A DNA stretch of 64,000 bases from NCBI GenBank assembly GCA_964016885.1, contig OZ024740.1, positions 84,196,001-84,260,000 of the forward strand. Reading direction: 5' to 3'. Made by a program: the position numbers and the translations under genes. Source of the stretch: Eledone cirrhosa. Taxonomy: Eukaryota. Each line of letters begins with the position of its first letter. The first letter of the stretch is position 1. Shown here one piece after another: positions 13,463 through 27,446 of the stretch. The notes under the pieces are model-generated. The model saw only the letters and a program-made list of their open reading frames with translations, did not search any database and was not told where the DNA came from.

Positions 13463-13574
13463 TATATATATTTATTTATTTATTTACGTATAGCACGGAG
13501 CATATGTGCATAAACACACATGTACCGTGTTGTATTATGACAGTATTGTGTTAGCTCAATGTACAAGAACAGAG

Positions 13575-13848
13575 CCGTAGTGGGGTTTGATGTGGTGTCG
13601 TGTAGTTTGGTGTGGTGTGGTGTAGCATAGTGTGGTGTGGTATGGTGTAGTGTGGTGTGGTGTAGTCTGGTGTGGTGTGTTGTAGTGTAGTGTGGTGTGG
13701 TATGGTGTTGTGTAATCTGGTGTGGTGTGGTGTAGTGTAGCGGAGCGTGGTGTGGTGTAGTGTAGTGGGATGTAGTGTAGTGCAGTGTAGTGTTGTGTAG
13801 TGTGGGGTGGTGTAGTGTGGTATGTGTGCTGTATTGTTGTAGTGTAAG
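13575..13848. repeat. (GTGTG/GTGTA)n pentamer satellite
   Basis: Direct reading; explains the His/Thr-rich spurious ORFs. Confidence 0.9.
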
Positions 13849-13859
13849 GTAGTATAGAT

Positions 13860-14640
13860 ACACAACTCAATATTTATAGTATGACGGCCTGTTCGATATA
13901 GTAACCGAATTTTAATGATCTTTAGTGTAATACACTAGACAATGCTGCAGGTCCATTAATACTTAATAACATTATAGTTTTTTAGCACGAATCTGTCGAA
14001 TTAGTATGAGGTCTGTTGGTGATTAAATATTATTATTTTTTCTATTTATTTATATTTTGTTTGCAGTCCGAATTAAATAACCTTATAGATGACAAATTAG
14101 AGTAATCCCCCTTTTATTTACCACCTTTACGCCACGTCATTATTTGACGACTAAAAACGTCAAAACTGATGTGCATTTCTATACACTTAGCGCCGATAAA
14201 CAAAGTAACATGTTATCTTAAGCCAGACTTATAAATTTAAGTGGTATGTAGGCTGTCTTTCATTCTATATAATCTCTGTATATATGTATGGGTTTGACCC
14301 CACCTAGCGGGCATGCTAGCGTAACTGGCGGATTTAATGATGGGCACTTTGTGTTATTTTCTTCTCTGTATAGATTATTTACCCACGTGGATCGCTGTCG
14401 CTGTTGCCAGACATTGTTTTTGACGAGTTTGGGACTAGATTGTGTGTGGAGACTTTGGTTGAATTGAGTCTGGAACTGAATCTTGAACAAATTATAATTT
14501 TCGGCCTGGGATCTTATATATAGAGGGTTTTTTTTATGTATAACTCCAGCATGTAATTCATGTGACTGTGTGTGATATTACGTTTGAGTGATAATTTATA
14601 TCCAACTATTTTGTAATTTTGAATGATCTACATATGTTGT
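13860..14640 (-). mobile_element. Highly decayed PLE endonuclease/3' remnant
   Basis: FKIQF..NVWQ..KCPSLNP..ACPL resembles the PLE EN; decayed HHR-like CTAAAGA..GAA-CAGGCCG-TC-ATAC at about 13878-13935. Confidence 0.4.
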
Positions 14641-14651
14641 TTTATTTAGAC

Positions 14652-14836
14652 GTGGATTGGCAGTATCGGTAGAGGGTCGGACGCCATGCTTTCCAGCATA
14701 GTTACGTCCCTTTACGATCTGAGTTCAAATCCCGCCGAGGTTGACTTTGCCTTTCATCCTTACGGGGTCGATAAAATAAAGTACCAGTAATGCACTGGGT
14801 AATTGCTGGCCTTGTGCCTAAAGTAGAAACAATTAT
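14652..14836 (+). mobile_element. tRNA-derived SINE, full length
   Basis: GGATTGGCAGTATCGG A-box, GAGTTCAAATCC B-box, conserved core, AAACAATTATT end. Confidence 0.9.
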
Positions 14837-15774
14837 TTAGACGGATTATATTTCTACCGACAATCCTACTTCTATTTAACCCCTAGACATTCGTGAAATA
14901 TGTAACCAATTGGTCTAGCCTATACGGTTAATATACATGTGTAATAAGTTTGCCAGTTGGTTTTACAGTAACTAATATACTAAGATTGCTACAGTTCTAT
15001 CTTACAATAACTCCGATTGCTTGTGCATAGCCTGCTTTTTATGCCATGCCTGTCTATATACTTGTTATACTCAGCTCTATCCTTTAATAACCATAATTTG
15101 CTTGTGTATGGCTTGCACTTATGTGATACCCACCTATATGCTTGTGGAGCACCAATTGGCTACGTAATTCGGGTACCTACCAGTATACCTTATATATGTA
15201 TAACATGGCGGCGATTCTGATTACTGTGGTCTTTCTGGATGTACCGCAAGGACCTCCTAATGCTTATATAATTATAAGTTACGGGGATCCTATCCACTCG
15301 TTTTGGTAGGGACCGGCGTTTAAATTCCTCTGGCTTCTTTATGTGCTTAAAACATTTTTTCTTCTTTCTGGTTTTATTTCGTTTTTAAAAACTTTTTTTT
15401 TTAATTTTTTAATTTTTTACTTTTTTACTTTTTACTGTTTATCTCTTTATATTATCTTTCTTTTATTTTTTTATTTTTTTATTATTTTTTTATTATTTTT
15501 TTATTATTTTTTTATTATTTTTTTATTATTTTATTATTATTTTTATTATGTTTTAACCATTGCCTTTATCTTTTGCTTTTGCTTTTGTGTGCCATCAATT
15601 ATATCTGCATCTTGTGGAATCCGCTTGTGCCCTGGCATTTAGCTGTGGTGCTTAACAACCCCAACATGAACCTGTCCTTGTTCGCCATCTCAGATCTCCC
15701 CATCTTTACCCTCTTTTGCATTCCCATTGTTCGCGTAACTAGGCTCTGTAGAGCTCAGCACTGTGTTTATTAAT

Positions 15775-15826
15775 CTCTAAGAATTCCTACCAAACGGTAT
15801 GGATGAAACATTGTAAGCAAATAAAA
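15775..15826 (+). ncRNA. Decayed hammerhead-like motif
   Basis: CT-CTAAGAA-TTCCTACC aaac GGTATGGAT-GAAA-CATTG-TA-AG followed by AATAAA. Confidence 0.45.
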
Positions 15827-15915
15827 ACTGTTTGGGTATGTAAGCGTTCTTTGGTTTCTTCTAAATACGTAGGATCCTGGTGACATCAACAGGTGTATAT
15901 TCCATAATAGTTATA

Positions 15916-16040
15916 TAATTGTTTCTACTTTTGGCACAAGGCCAGCAATTACCCACTACATTACTGGTACTTTATTTTATCGACCCCGTAAGGATGAAAG
16001 GCAAATAACTATTATTCAAATCCCTCGGCGGGATTTGAAT
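15916..16040 (-). mobile_element. SINE, partial
   Basis: 3' half of the family consensus. Confidence 0.8.
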
Positions 16041-16888
16041 AATAGTTATATAATAAAGGACTAATAGTAAACACAATCCAAGAGGCCATAAGGAGAGTGG
16101 CTATAAGGAGAGAAAGCAGAGAAAATATTTGTTTTACTCGAAGACGATCAAGTGGGCCATTTGTTGACAGTTTAGCTGATCACCAAACTGTCAACAACTG
16201 GTACGCTTGATCACCTGCAAAAAAAAAAAAAAAAAAATTCTGCTTTCTCTTCTTGTGCCCACTTGATTGCCTTCGAGTAAAAAAAATAATAATTTTTCTC
16301 TGCTTCTTTATGGTCTCTTATGGTTTCTGCGGGAACAAGATACATTAGAAAATATCTTTGTTGCACGGCAGCTTCATAGCAAGATTTTCGTCTACTGGGC
16401 AGCTGTGAATTTGCACACCTGTATGACCGTGAGGCAAGATCCGCGTACAAATCAAACCATAACATATTGTGTCTCCCTGGGATAATTTAAAGTCACCTGG
16501 CGATCTAGAATAGCCCATATAATACTTATTCGAACCAACACTAGTAACATCGAATACAACCTATACATTCATGAACTGAGATTATTTGTAAATGAAGACA
16601 CTGCATGTACAATTCACGCCGCCCTCAAGACCCACGCCTGCCTCGTACAAACTTTTTTGGTCAGCTACAACGTGATCATGACAAATTTTGAAAAACAAAA
16701 AAATGGTGCAAAACAAGCAGATGACACATTTGAAGGAAAAGCAACATCAACGTCTGAGGAAAGTGAGGCATCAGTATCAACCATTAATATTGTCCTTTTC
16801 ACTGTAGAAGTGGTGTCGCCATTTTCAAGATATATCGACTGTAACAGAAACTGCGCATCAAGGATTTTGGGCGTACAGCCATATAGGT

Positions 16889-16935
<47 letters not shown>

Positions 16936-17044
16936 GGGGGGGGGGGGGAGGGGGTGTAAAACAAACATTTGCTTTGTAAACGCAAATAGTTATTTTCTTC
17001 TCTTTTGGTGACCATCCAGGATTTGACTACTGTGATTTACTGAT

Positions 17045-17215
17045 TAATTGGTGAAATATATTTTTTTACTTAATGAAATATATACGAAGGAGATTAATCA
17101 TTTTAAAAAGTATCTATATTTGAAGTTCTAGTTAAACTTTAATTGGTTACCTACCTAGCTGTGTGTGCTTACATTCTTTACAAATTATTCCCTGTGATTG
17201 TTCCATGTATTTATG

Positions 17216-17266
<51 letters not shown>

Positions 17267-17390
17267 AATCTATTTCTAGTTGATATGAAATGCTCGGATC
17301 TATTCATTGGAATCTTTGGCGCTTATTCTACAGTGGATATGGCGCATGTCTCTCAGACATGACAACCCTTAATTTAATTTTGGATATATA
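17045..17390 (+). mobile_element. Inverted copy of the 10701-11492 repeat family
   Basis: Reverse-complement similarity; retains only the 3' half of the HHR (GAAA-TATA-TA). Confidence 0.7.
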
Positions 17391-17554
17391 TATATGTATA
17401 TATTATAGTGTATCAATGTAAACCATTAAATGTACTAGGAACTCTATTTTAGCATTCTCTTTTGTTACATACGGTATATGTACATAAATGTATATGTGTG
17501 TGCGTATATATATATATATATGTATTTATATATGTATTACATATATATATGTAT

Positions 17555-17601
<47 letters not shown>

Positions 17602-18556
17602 CTATATGTATATGTGTCTATGCATGTATGTGTGTTTGTATACATAGTGAAAAGGGGGGGGGAGTATATATACTCGCTATCTTGTATATTTCAATTGACT
17701 TTTTGTTTTGATTTTCTTACCTTTGAAATGAGTTCGCTTCATGTATTGTATGAACCAATTCCATGTTTTTCGAACTATTTACTCTCAAAGATTAGATTTC
17801 CTTTATTTTATATCTCAAATGACGCTAATTATAACTTTCAATTCAATCAAAATACTTTTGCACTTCTTTTTATTCACTAGAATTCTAAATCGTGTTATTC
17901 GCCAGATATCATCTTTTACATTCTACAGACATTTCTTCCAGGCTATTAAATTCGTAAGTTTTCATTTCGGATTTCTATCTTTTCATTTTGTTTTTATCTT
18001 GGTGTATTTATAGAATGGAAATGATTTCTTTCTCTCTATGATTTTATTTAAAATTCATTTTATTCGTTATGTTATTCATCATTTCAATTGATCCTTGCCC
18101 TTATTTGTTATAATCTTCAAATTATCATAATGTCGCCATCAATACGATTTTTTTCTAATTACTGTTTATTTATTCGGCGTACGTGTACGATTTATGTTTT
18201 CTTTAACACGTAGAAATCAGTTCCATTCAGCTCTGTTTCTACAAAGTACGTCTGTCGCCTTACTTTTCTTTTAATTTATTGATTCTTATACTTCCTGACA
18301 TTGTAGTTCTTTTAAAGACTTTACAGAAAAACTGAACACATAGTGATACTGTCAGGTTCTAAACTCTTAAGAAACAAACCGTGCAGAGAAATATCACTTT
18401 ATTGGCTTAGATTGGTTTAAAATTAAAATATATGATGGAAATACCATCGTTGTTTTTCTAAATTCATCTACATTCAGCTGGTATTTGTAGTATATTTCCA
18501 CCGTGAGTTCCAGACGCCATTAATAACTTTTTGTAAGTCATAAATTATCAATTACA

Positions 18557-19332
18557 TCTAAATATCCTTCTTTTTGTGAGATTAGAAGAGATTTTGCAAT
18601 CGAACTAATGGCAACTGAAGTCATACACTGTACATGTAAATATTCAAAAATACCACTTTTAGACTCAAATTTCCACTTTTTCGGATCTAGCCCCCACATT
18701 AATCAACCTACTTTGTTCAAATTTTACACTACGCTAGATCTGATTATTTCACGTCTTAAGCTGGCTTTACATTTTGGATTTTATGTTCAGGAACGGCGTG
18801 GCAGCCGCTTAAATATTCGAAAATACCACCTTTTCGCTCAAATTTCCGCCTTTTCGGCTTTAGCTCCCACATTTTTCAACCGATTTCGTTCAAATTCGAA
18901 ACTTCGGCTCCACCTCACACATGAATCAATTTATTTGGTTCAACTTTTATACTACGATAGAACCTATCATTAGCTCCCATATTTTTCAACCGATTTCGTT
19001 CAAATTCGAAACTTCGGCTCTACTTCACACATAAATCAATTTATTTCGTTAAACTTTTATACTACGATAGAACCTATCATTGCACATCTTATAGTAGCTT
19101 TACACTTTGCATTTTTTGTTCAGGGACGGCGTGGCAGCCGTTTAACTCTTTAACTCTTCAAAATACGATTTTTTCCACCTCCCACGTATTCTTTACGATT
19201 TCACTCAACATTTCGCCATTTTGCTACACCTTACGACCGATTTTCAAGAAACACGCATCGCTAAGATCAACACCTTTTCATCAAAGCAGATATTATTTTA
19301 CCTACCCAGGCAACGCTGTGTACTGCTGCTAG
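18557..19332 (+). mobile_element. Non-autonomous Helitron-type element
   Basis: A|TC start, subterminal hairpin-like ACCCAGGCAACGCTGTGT, CTAG|T end; internal duplication of about 110 bp. Confidence 0.65.
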
Positions 19333-21191
19333 TATATTATAAAATGAAATTAAAGTTAATCAAATACATTAACTGGTTAGTACATTAACAAATTTATAAT
19401 AAATGGTGTAGAAATATAAACCGATACGCAACCGGACCGAGGTCTACTGATTAACTACGTATTCCACTTCAAATGTGACTTCAATAAAACTAATGCCACA
19501 TTTGAATTCAATTAGAATAAAAGTAAATTTTAGATTAATAAACTAATGAATACTTTGATAAATGAATATTTGATGAATTAGCAATATGCAGGGCCTTGAA
19601 AAAGTAGGATCTACGGAACATTTAATCATGGTCTGGGTTATATTTTATCACGTAGCAATGTTTTGTATAATTTAATATATGATTCCTCCAGAGAATTAAT
19701 TGAATAAATCGATAACTAATTAGATAATGATAGAAAGGAATGAAGATATTATTCACATTCTATGTTGTATATCTACGCATAGGAGGAGAGAAAACAGAGA
19801 TAAAATGTGGAGCGATAAATAAAGTTTTTTTTGTGGGACTCAACACCCTTAGCTGAGTGACATATTTCAGATGCACTATGTAGGCATCGGCGAAACCTTT
19901 GCTGCGGAAAATAGCCAGCGATATCTGCTGCTGCATCGACTATTCCACCGCATGGGTTTTCATTCCTCGGGCAAGATACCCTCTTCGTGGGAAATGAGCA
20001 ATCAGGAGACTGGAGAAATCGGAGGTCTCGGTGGCAATTTACACAAAAAGGAATAGTCATTCAAAGCTCGGTATTTGGTTTTCTTCCATTCTATCTTATG
20101 GACGAAGTTTTATTGTAATCTAACTATGTTTCCTCAGTAATCTCTCAGTCCTAGTGAATACGGAAAACTTACAAAATGCAACACTCACCTGAAATAATTT
20201 TGTACACATGGCATGAAACATAATGTCGATAGATTCATCTTCAATGAAATGGATAAGAATGCCATTTCTTTATTTATATATTGTTATCTCTTTGTGCCTG
20301 TTTTAGTGCGTAATGCGTATATATGAGTGTAGGTACGTTTGCATGTATGTATTATGTATGTATTATATGTATATGTATTATGTACGTATATATATGTATG
20401 TATTTGTGTGTGTATGTATGTCAGTATGCATGTGTGCATGTATGTATGTATACATGTATGTATATAAGATTCTTACTCAGTTCATTTAAGCATTTATCAT
20501 CGCTGAAGTATCCAAACCATTTATAAATATTCCCAAATGTATTTTGAAATTAGCTCCTTCAAACAGTTTTATATAATAACATCTAGTGTCTAGAAGGCAT
20601 TAAATACTAATTTAAAATCACATATTCATTGAACGGTGAAAATTATATATATATCTTTTGATTTGTCACAAAATCGCCCTCTCGTTAACTATCATAGATT
20701 CTTGGTAGCGAGTTGTCTACATAAAAAACATTCTACTTCACGTTGCTCCGAACCACTCAGCTGGAAACATACTTGTAAGTCAAAATATCAGTCTTGTCAC
20801 ATGTCTGAGAACTACGTTTAGGGAACACAATCTGACGAATTCTCCTCTACCTCCTCATTAATTCCACGGGCACTTTGTTTCGGTGATTAAATAACTGGAA
20901 CATTCACCGTCGGAATCGATGAAATTCCAATACACTTATCGGACGGAAAATTTCTTTACAATACCTTACGTATCGATATTTTAAAAGCACTATGCAGTAT
21001 TTAGAATATTGTAAAATAACTGTTGTATTCATATATATTTTCTGTCGTCTGTTTTTTTCTCAGCGATTACAAGACAAATGTTTAAATTATATCTCACTGA
21101 TTAAACATTGTACAAACCTCATTCAAAACTTGTCGTTTTTTTTTATTATAAACATTGTGCAAATTATTTACTGTTTTTGTAAGCAATAAAT

Positions 21192-21288
21192 TATCTGATA
21201 TCTAATATATCTGATATCTAATATATCTGATATCTAATATATCTGATATCTAATATATCTGATATCTAATATATCTAATATCTAATAA
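21192..21288. repeat. 16-bp minisatellite (TATCTGATATCTAATA) x6
   Basis: Direct reading. Confidence 0.9.
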
Positions 21289-21532
21289 CGTTTCATAAAT
21301 GTTTGCAACTCCTAAAATATCTAATAGAAATCTGTTTCTCGCGAAATCTGTAAATATTTGTGCATGGAAAAAACGTTATTTAATGTATCTGTATGTGCGA
21401 ATTAATATTTACGTTCGTCTAGCTAAATCAGCATATGATGACCAAGTTTTTCAAATAAGTCGATATTTTAACTAAACATATAACACTAATAAATTTGGAT
21501 TAAACTAAAACTAACTAATATATATATATATG

Positions 21533-22217
21533 AAACATGAGAAGAATTGAATACTGCGTGGTTGCACATGGGTTACATATGACAAAAATAGTCCTTCATC
21601 AGTGATTTTCCCACCTTCATTGGTATTTCATCGCTTTAAAAATCATATACCTCCAGTTGGTGCGAGCAATAGCTAAATAAAGCTATTGGGACAAGTAAAT
21701 CGCGTAAAGCGAGCGAGACAAGTAAACAAACATAGAAGGATAGCAACGTAAAGATAGAAAGAAACAAGCACATGGAGTCCGATCAGCTTAAGCTGTGTGG
21801 ATTTCATGGGAGAGAGACAACAGACCGTGCGACGCGAGTGAGGTGTGAGTAAGAAAGGACCCCATTTCAGGCCAAACGGGAGGAAGTGACAAGGGAGAAG
21901 CAGAGAGTGAGTGAGTGGAAGTGCGAGGAAGAGGCCAGTCGAGAGAAAGTGTAACTGACAGAGGGGCGAAAGAAGGTGAGAGAAACAGAGAGAGGGGGGA
22001 AGCAGCAAGAGAGAAACAGACAAACGCAGCTGGGGAAAATATATATAAAAAACATGAGAAGAATTGAATACTGCATGGTTGCACATGGGTTACATATGAA
22101 AGAAATAGTCCTTCAGCAGTGATTTTCCAACCTTCATTGGTATTTCATCGCTTTAAAAATCATATACCTCCAGTTGGTGCGAGCAATAGCTAAATAAAGC
22201 TATTGGGACAAGTAAAC
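21533..22217 (-). mobile_element. ORF-less element with 167-bp direct terminal repeats (517 bp period)
   Basis: 21533-21699 matches 22050-22216; purine-rich spacer; TA flanks; CTGATGA on the minus strand of the left repeat. Confidence 0.65.
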
Positions 22218-23103
22218 ATATATATATATACATATATATATATATATTTAGATAGATAGATATATACATATATATATATATATATAGATAGATATATATA
22301 TATACATATATAAGCGACAAGAATTAATTATATCATGTAATCATAAAATTAGAAGAACTTTTAAATATTATAAACCTAATTAATATACACTTTACAAATT
22401 ATTATAATTAATTTTTTTTAAATTAATTAACCTATAAATAATATTCTACTACTAATGAACTGCATAATTTTATTTCCCTTTTACAGCTATCTTTTCCTAA
22501 AATTTATACCAATAAGTATACATATAAACTATATTAATTTCTGGTTATGAATCTATATTCCTTGTAATCTATATAAATTTGTTATTTCTCACTAATACAT
22601 TTATCCCTGCCCCTCCCCCCCCCCATTTTTTTCCTTCGTTTTTAACAACATTCTTCAATTACATCTAACCCTTATTTATCATATCTATATGAATTAATAT
22701 AAATTTATTAATATAAATATATCTATCAATTAAATTAATTTATTTTCTTTTTATAGATGTATATTCCTTATGTTTTAAATAAGATTGATATTTTTCACTA
22801 ACACATTTATCGTAAAATTTTATTCTCCTTAGATTTTAACATTACCATTATTCTTTTAAAACACCAAATTTTCGTGTGCCTTTTACCGGCTTGACCTATT
22901 TTCATCCCCAAAGTAATCTTTTCATTCAAAATACTCTTTCCATTCAAAGCTGAAGTCTGCTTTCCTCTACCCCTAAATTAAATTTCTATTACTACTATTC
23001 TATCATCTTGACCACTTATTACCTTTCTATTGGTCAATTCAAAACCTGTTCCCAAACAGACCTATTATATTAAATCTTTGTTGTTTTTTTTCAATAAACA
23101 AAT

Positions 23104-23240
23104 ATCATTATTTCTGAAGACAGCATATATATGTGTAGGTATGTATATTCCCTTTGATAGTTTGTAAAAGTTTTACATAGATCTATATGATATACATACC
23201 AACACACACATATATATCCTAGAAACGATCGTAAAATGAT
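23104..23240 (+). ncRNA. Type I hammerhead with a 101-nt stem II (5' pLTR)
   Basis: ATCATTATTT-CTGAAGA-[long hairpin 23121-23221]-GAAA-CGATCG-TA-AAATGAT. Confidence 0.85.
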
Positions 23241-23545
23241 GAATTTGTTAATATAAGGAACTGTTTCTTTGTTTTTATTCATTACTTTTATTAATTTATC
23301 TTGACTCTGTTTTCCTGTGATTTTCATCGAAAAAGAATTTTGAATACATCTTCTCTTTTCATGATATTTGGATTATATTGAGTTCTTCATACGAATTGGA
23401 CACTACCGTATATTTTGGTAGATATATCTGCATACTTCGCTCCTAATTTTATAAAGGTATTCATATTTTTATATATATATATATAATTTTATAACTCCCT
23501 ATATATATAATTGAGCTCTTTTTCTTGTCCATTATCCATATCACA

Positions 23546-26040
23546 ATGGAAAAACAATACTTGGTAACTTCTTTAAAGAATATACCAATACCTTCTAAAG
23601 ATGAATTCTTACTTCTTATGATACAAAAAACCAACCAATTCATCAAAAAGGTCAGATGGAGGGCCTCCTACTTTGATAAAAAACAAAATGTACTGATAAG
23701 AAATATTTATATGATTTCACTACATATAAGAACCCACCACACAACTCCTTGCTTGAAAACTTCGAGAAAGACATTTTTAACTTAATCAAACACCTCAAAT
23801 TTAAGAAATATAAATCTAATTTTCAAAAGGATCTTGATTCTACCCTATTGGATTTAAAAACATCTAACAAAATCCATGTCCACTCTGAAAAAACTGGAAA
23901 TCTGTACCACATGGATATTGATAATTACAATGAGTTCATATATAAAGAACTCAGGAAAAATTATAAAAAAACAAACAATGCGGCACTTACCAATATCAAC
24001 AACAAAACACACAACATAGTAAATAAACTCAATATTGAAGATAGAACTGAACCTTTGGCACTGAAAAAACCACATTTTAACCTGAAAGATCACAAATCTA
24101 ATTTTAACTCTAATCCTTCTATAAGACTTATATGCTCTTCCAAATCTGACATTGGCATCATTAGTAAAAAGATTTTAGATAGAGTCATCCCACAATTAAG
24201 AAAACATGTTTATTTACCCCTCTGGGAAAACACATCCCAGGTAATTAACTGGTTTACTAATATTAGAAATAAATCATTTGCTTCATTTCTACAATTCGAT
24301 ATAGATGCTTATTATTCCTCTATATCACCCATACTCCCGAATAAAGCCTTGATATTTGCCAAAAATAGATCAAACTTAACTATGGATGACATTAATATTA
24401 TCACGCATGCTAGACAAACACTACTGGAATTTCAGCAGGAATACTGGACCAGAAATACATATAGTAATCTATTCGACATTACTATGGGCTCTAGTGATTC
24501 TGCCCAAATTCCCGATCTTGTGGGCCTCTTTCTTATATTTAACATAAATGCTTCTTTTCCCCACCTTAAAGGTCGTTTATATCGTGACGACTGTCTTCTT
24601 CTTTCCACTAACCTTAGCCTATCAGAAATTGAAAAAAATAAAAAACTTATTAGAACTTTCCTCAAAGACTATTATAGTCTCAATATTACATTTGAAAACA
24701 CAAGTAAAGTAGTTAATTTCCTTGATATAACATTAGACTTATCTACGGGTATCTACCAACCTTACCATAAACCTAACCAAAACGTACATTACGTACACTC
24801 AAAATCTAATCACCCCAAATCTATCCTTAAAAACCTAGCATATAATATCTCACTCAGAATTTCTAACCTTTCATCTAACCAGGTTGTATTCGATAAAAAT
24901 GCGGCCACAAAAACAAATTAGTATATATACCTTGTACCAATAATACAACAAACATACAACCCAATATTACCAACAAACACCAAATGAAATATACACACCT
25001 AAATGCCACTCACACTATACCCAAAAATACCAACTTAAAACTTAATTCCTCCAACTCTTCTAATATACAATATAATAACTTTCAAAATACCATTCATCCT
25101 AATATTCCAATATATGTTAATAACAAAATTCCTAATAATCAGGCTAAAACACCTAAATCAATGAAACTAAAAATATGTGTAATAAAATCACTAATACTAA
25201 TTCTCTTAGTAAACATCAGGATACATCGTATAAAAATAAAAAAAAACAACATCGAAACCGTAATAGACGAGTTACTTGGTATAATGCTCCATTTAATCTA
25301 CAAATTAAAGATAATATACCTAAAAACTTGTTTACTATCCTCGAGAAAAAGTTCCCGCCAAACCATAAATACCATCAAATTTTAAATAGATCAACGGTTA
25401 AATTCTCCTACTCAACAACCAAAAATACACAACAAAATATAAGTGCCTATAATGCATATAAATGTAAAAGAAAAACATGAATATACCACCAATACATCAA
25501 ACTAACCATAATACTAAAATAAACCACAGCAAACCACCATCTCATTCACGTACAACAAGTCGAGAAAATTCCACACCTAATTTGACTATCTACTCTGATA
25601 CAACATTCACGAAAGGTTGTAACTGTAGAAACAAAGCAAATTGCCCATTAAAAGGAAATTGTCTTATTAATAACATAGTATATAAATGTAAAATTAACAC
25701 TAAGGACTCAACTTATTCATATATAGGAGCTACTTCTAACCAATTTAAAGTAAGATTTAATACCCACAAACACAGTTTTAAAATGCCGCATTAGCTAATA
25801 CAACATCCTTAGCTGAAATAATTAATAATTATAGAAAAAAGAATATCGATTATACCCTGACCTGGAGTGTGCTCAAAAGGGTCACCCCTTATCAAAATAA
25901 TAGATATGAATGTAGATTATGTCCCAGGAACCTTTTGAAATATGAAATCTAAGGATATCCTATTAAATAAGCGACAATAATTAATTATATCATGTAATCA
26001 TAAAATTAGAAGAACTTTTAAATATTATAAACCTAATTAA
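23546..26040 (+). pseudogene. PLE RT + GIY-YIG polyprotein, frameshifted
   Basis: SLKNIPIPS..KKVRWRA, EKTGN, LKDHK, QFDIDAYYSSI, FDITMGSSDSAQ, LYRDD, WYNAPF, CNCRNKANCPLKGNC, VYKC..YIGATSNQFKVRFNTH. Confidence 0.95.
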
Positions 26041-26872
26041 TATACACTTTACAAATTATTATAATAACATTTTTTTAAAATTAGTTAACCTATAATTAAT
26101 ATTCTACTACTAATGAACTGCATAATTTTATTTCCCTTTTACAGCTATCTTTTCCTAAAATTTATACAAATAAGTATACATATAAACTATTTTAATTTCA
26201 GGTTATGAATCTATATTCCTTGTAATCTATATAAATTTGTTATTTCTCACTAATACATTTATTCTTCAATTACATCTAACTCTTATTATAAATAAGAGTT
26301 AGATGTAATTGAAAAATGCTGTTAAAAACGAAGGAAAAAATGGGGGGGGGGGGGGGCAGGGATAAATGTATTAGTGAGAAATAACAAATTATATAGATTA
26401 CAAGGAATATAGATTCATAACCTGAAATTAAAATAGTTTATATGTATACTATTTATAATATCTATATGAATTAATATAAATTTATCAATATAAACATAGC
26501 TATCAATTAAATTAATTTATTTTCTTTTTATAGATGTAAATTCCTTATGTTTTAAATAAGATTGATATTTTTCACTAACACATTTATCGTAAAATGTTAT
26601 TCTCCTTAGATTTTAACATTAGCATTATTCTTTTATAACATCAAATTTTCGTGTACCTTTCACCGGCTTGACCTATTTTCATCCCCAAAGTAATCTTTTC
26701 ATTCAAAATACACTTTCCATTCAAAACTGAAGTCTGCTTTCCTCTACCCCTAAATTAAATTTCTATTACTACTATTCTATCATCTTGACCACTTATTACT
26801 TTTCTATTGGTCAATTCAAAACCTGTCCCAAACAGACCTATTATATTTGTTGTTTTTTTTCAATAAACAAAT

Positions 26873-27009
26873 ATCATTATTTCTGAAGACAGCATATATA
26901 TGTGTAGGTATGTATATTCCCTCTGATAGTTTGTAAAAATTTTACATAGATCTACATGATATACATACCAACACACACATATATATCCTAGAAACGATCG
27001 TAAAATGAT
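26873..27009 (+). ncRNA. Type I hammerhead with a long stem II (3' pLTR)
   Basis: Second copy: CTGAAGA at 26883, GAAA at 26991, CGATCG-TA, AAATGAT. Confidence 0.85.
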
Positions 27010-27068
27010 GATTTTTTTTAATATAAGGAACTGTTTCTTTGTTTTTATTCATTATTTTTATTAATTTA

Positions 27069-27446
<378 letters not shown>

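Noticed and set aside
14652-14735. tRNA gene (A and B boxes)
   Set aside because: SINE head; no full cloverleaf, and it continues into the SINE core.
19860-20070. GC-richer stretch after TTTCAG, a possible host exon
   Set aside because: All three plus-strand frames meet stops or give no recognisable protein, and no partner exons were found; a non-coding exon cannot be excluded.
23546-26040. Programmed recoding or selenocysteine readthrough in the PLE ORFs
   Set aside because: The breaks look like ordinary frameshifts and TAA/TAG stops rather than repeated in-frame TGA at Cys positions; decay explains them.
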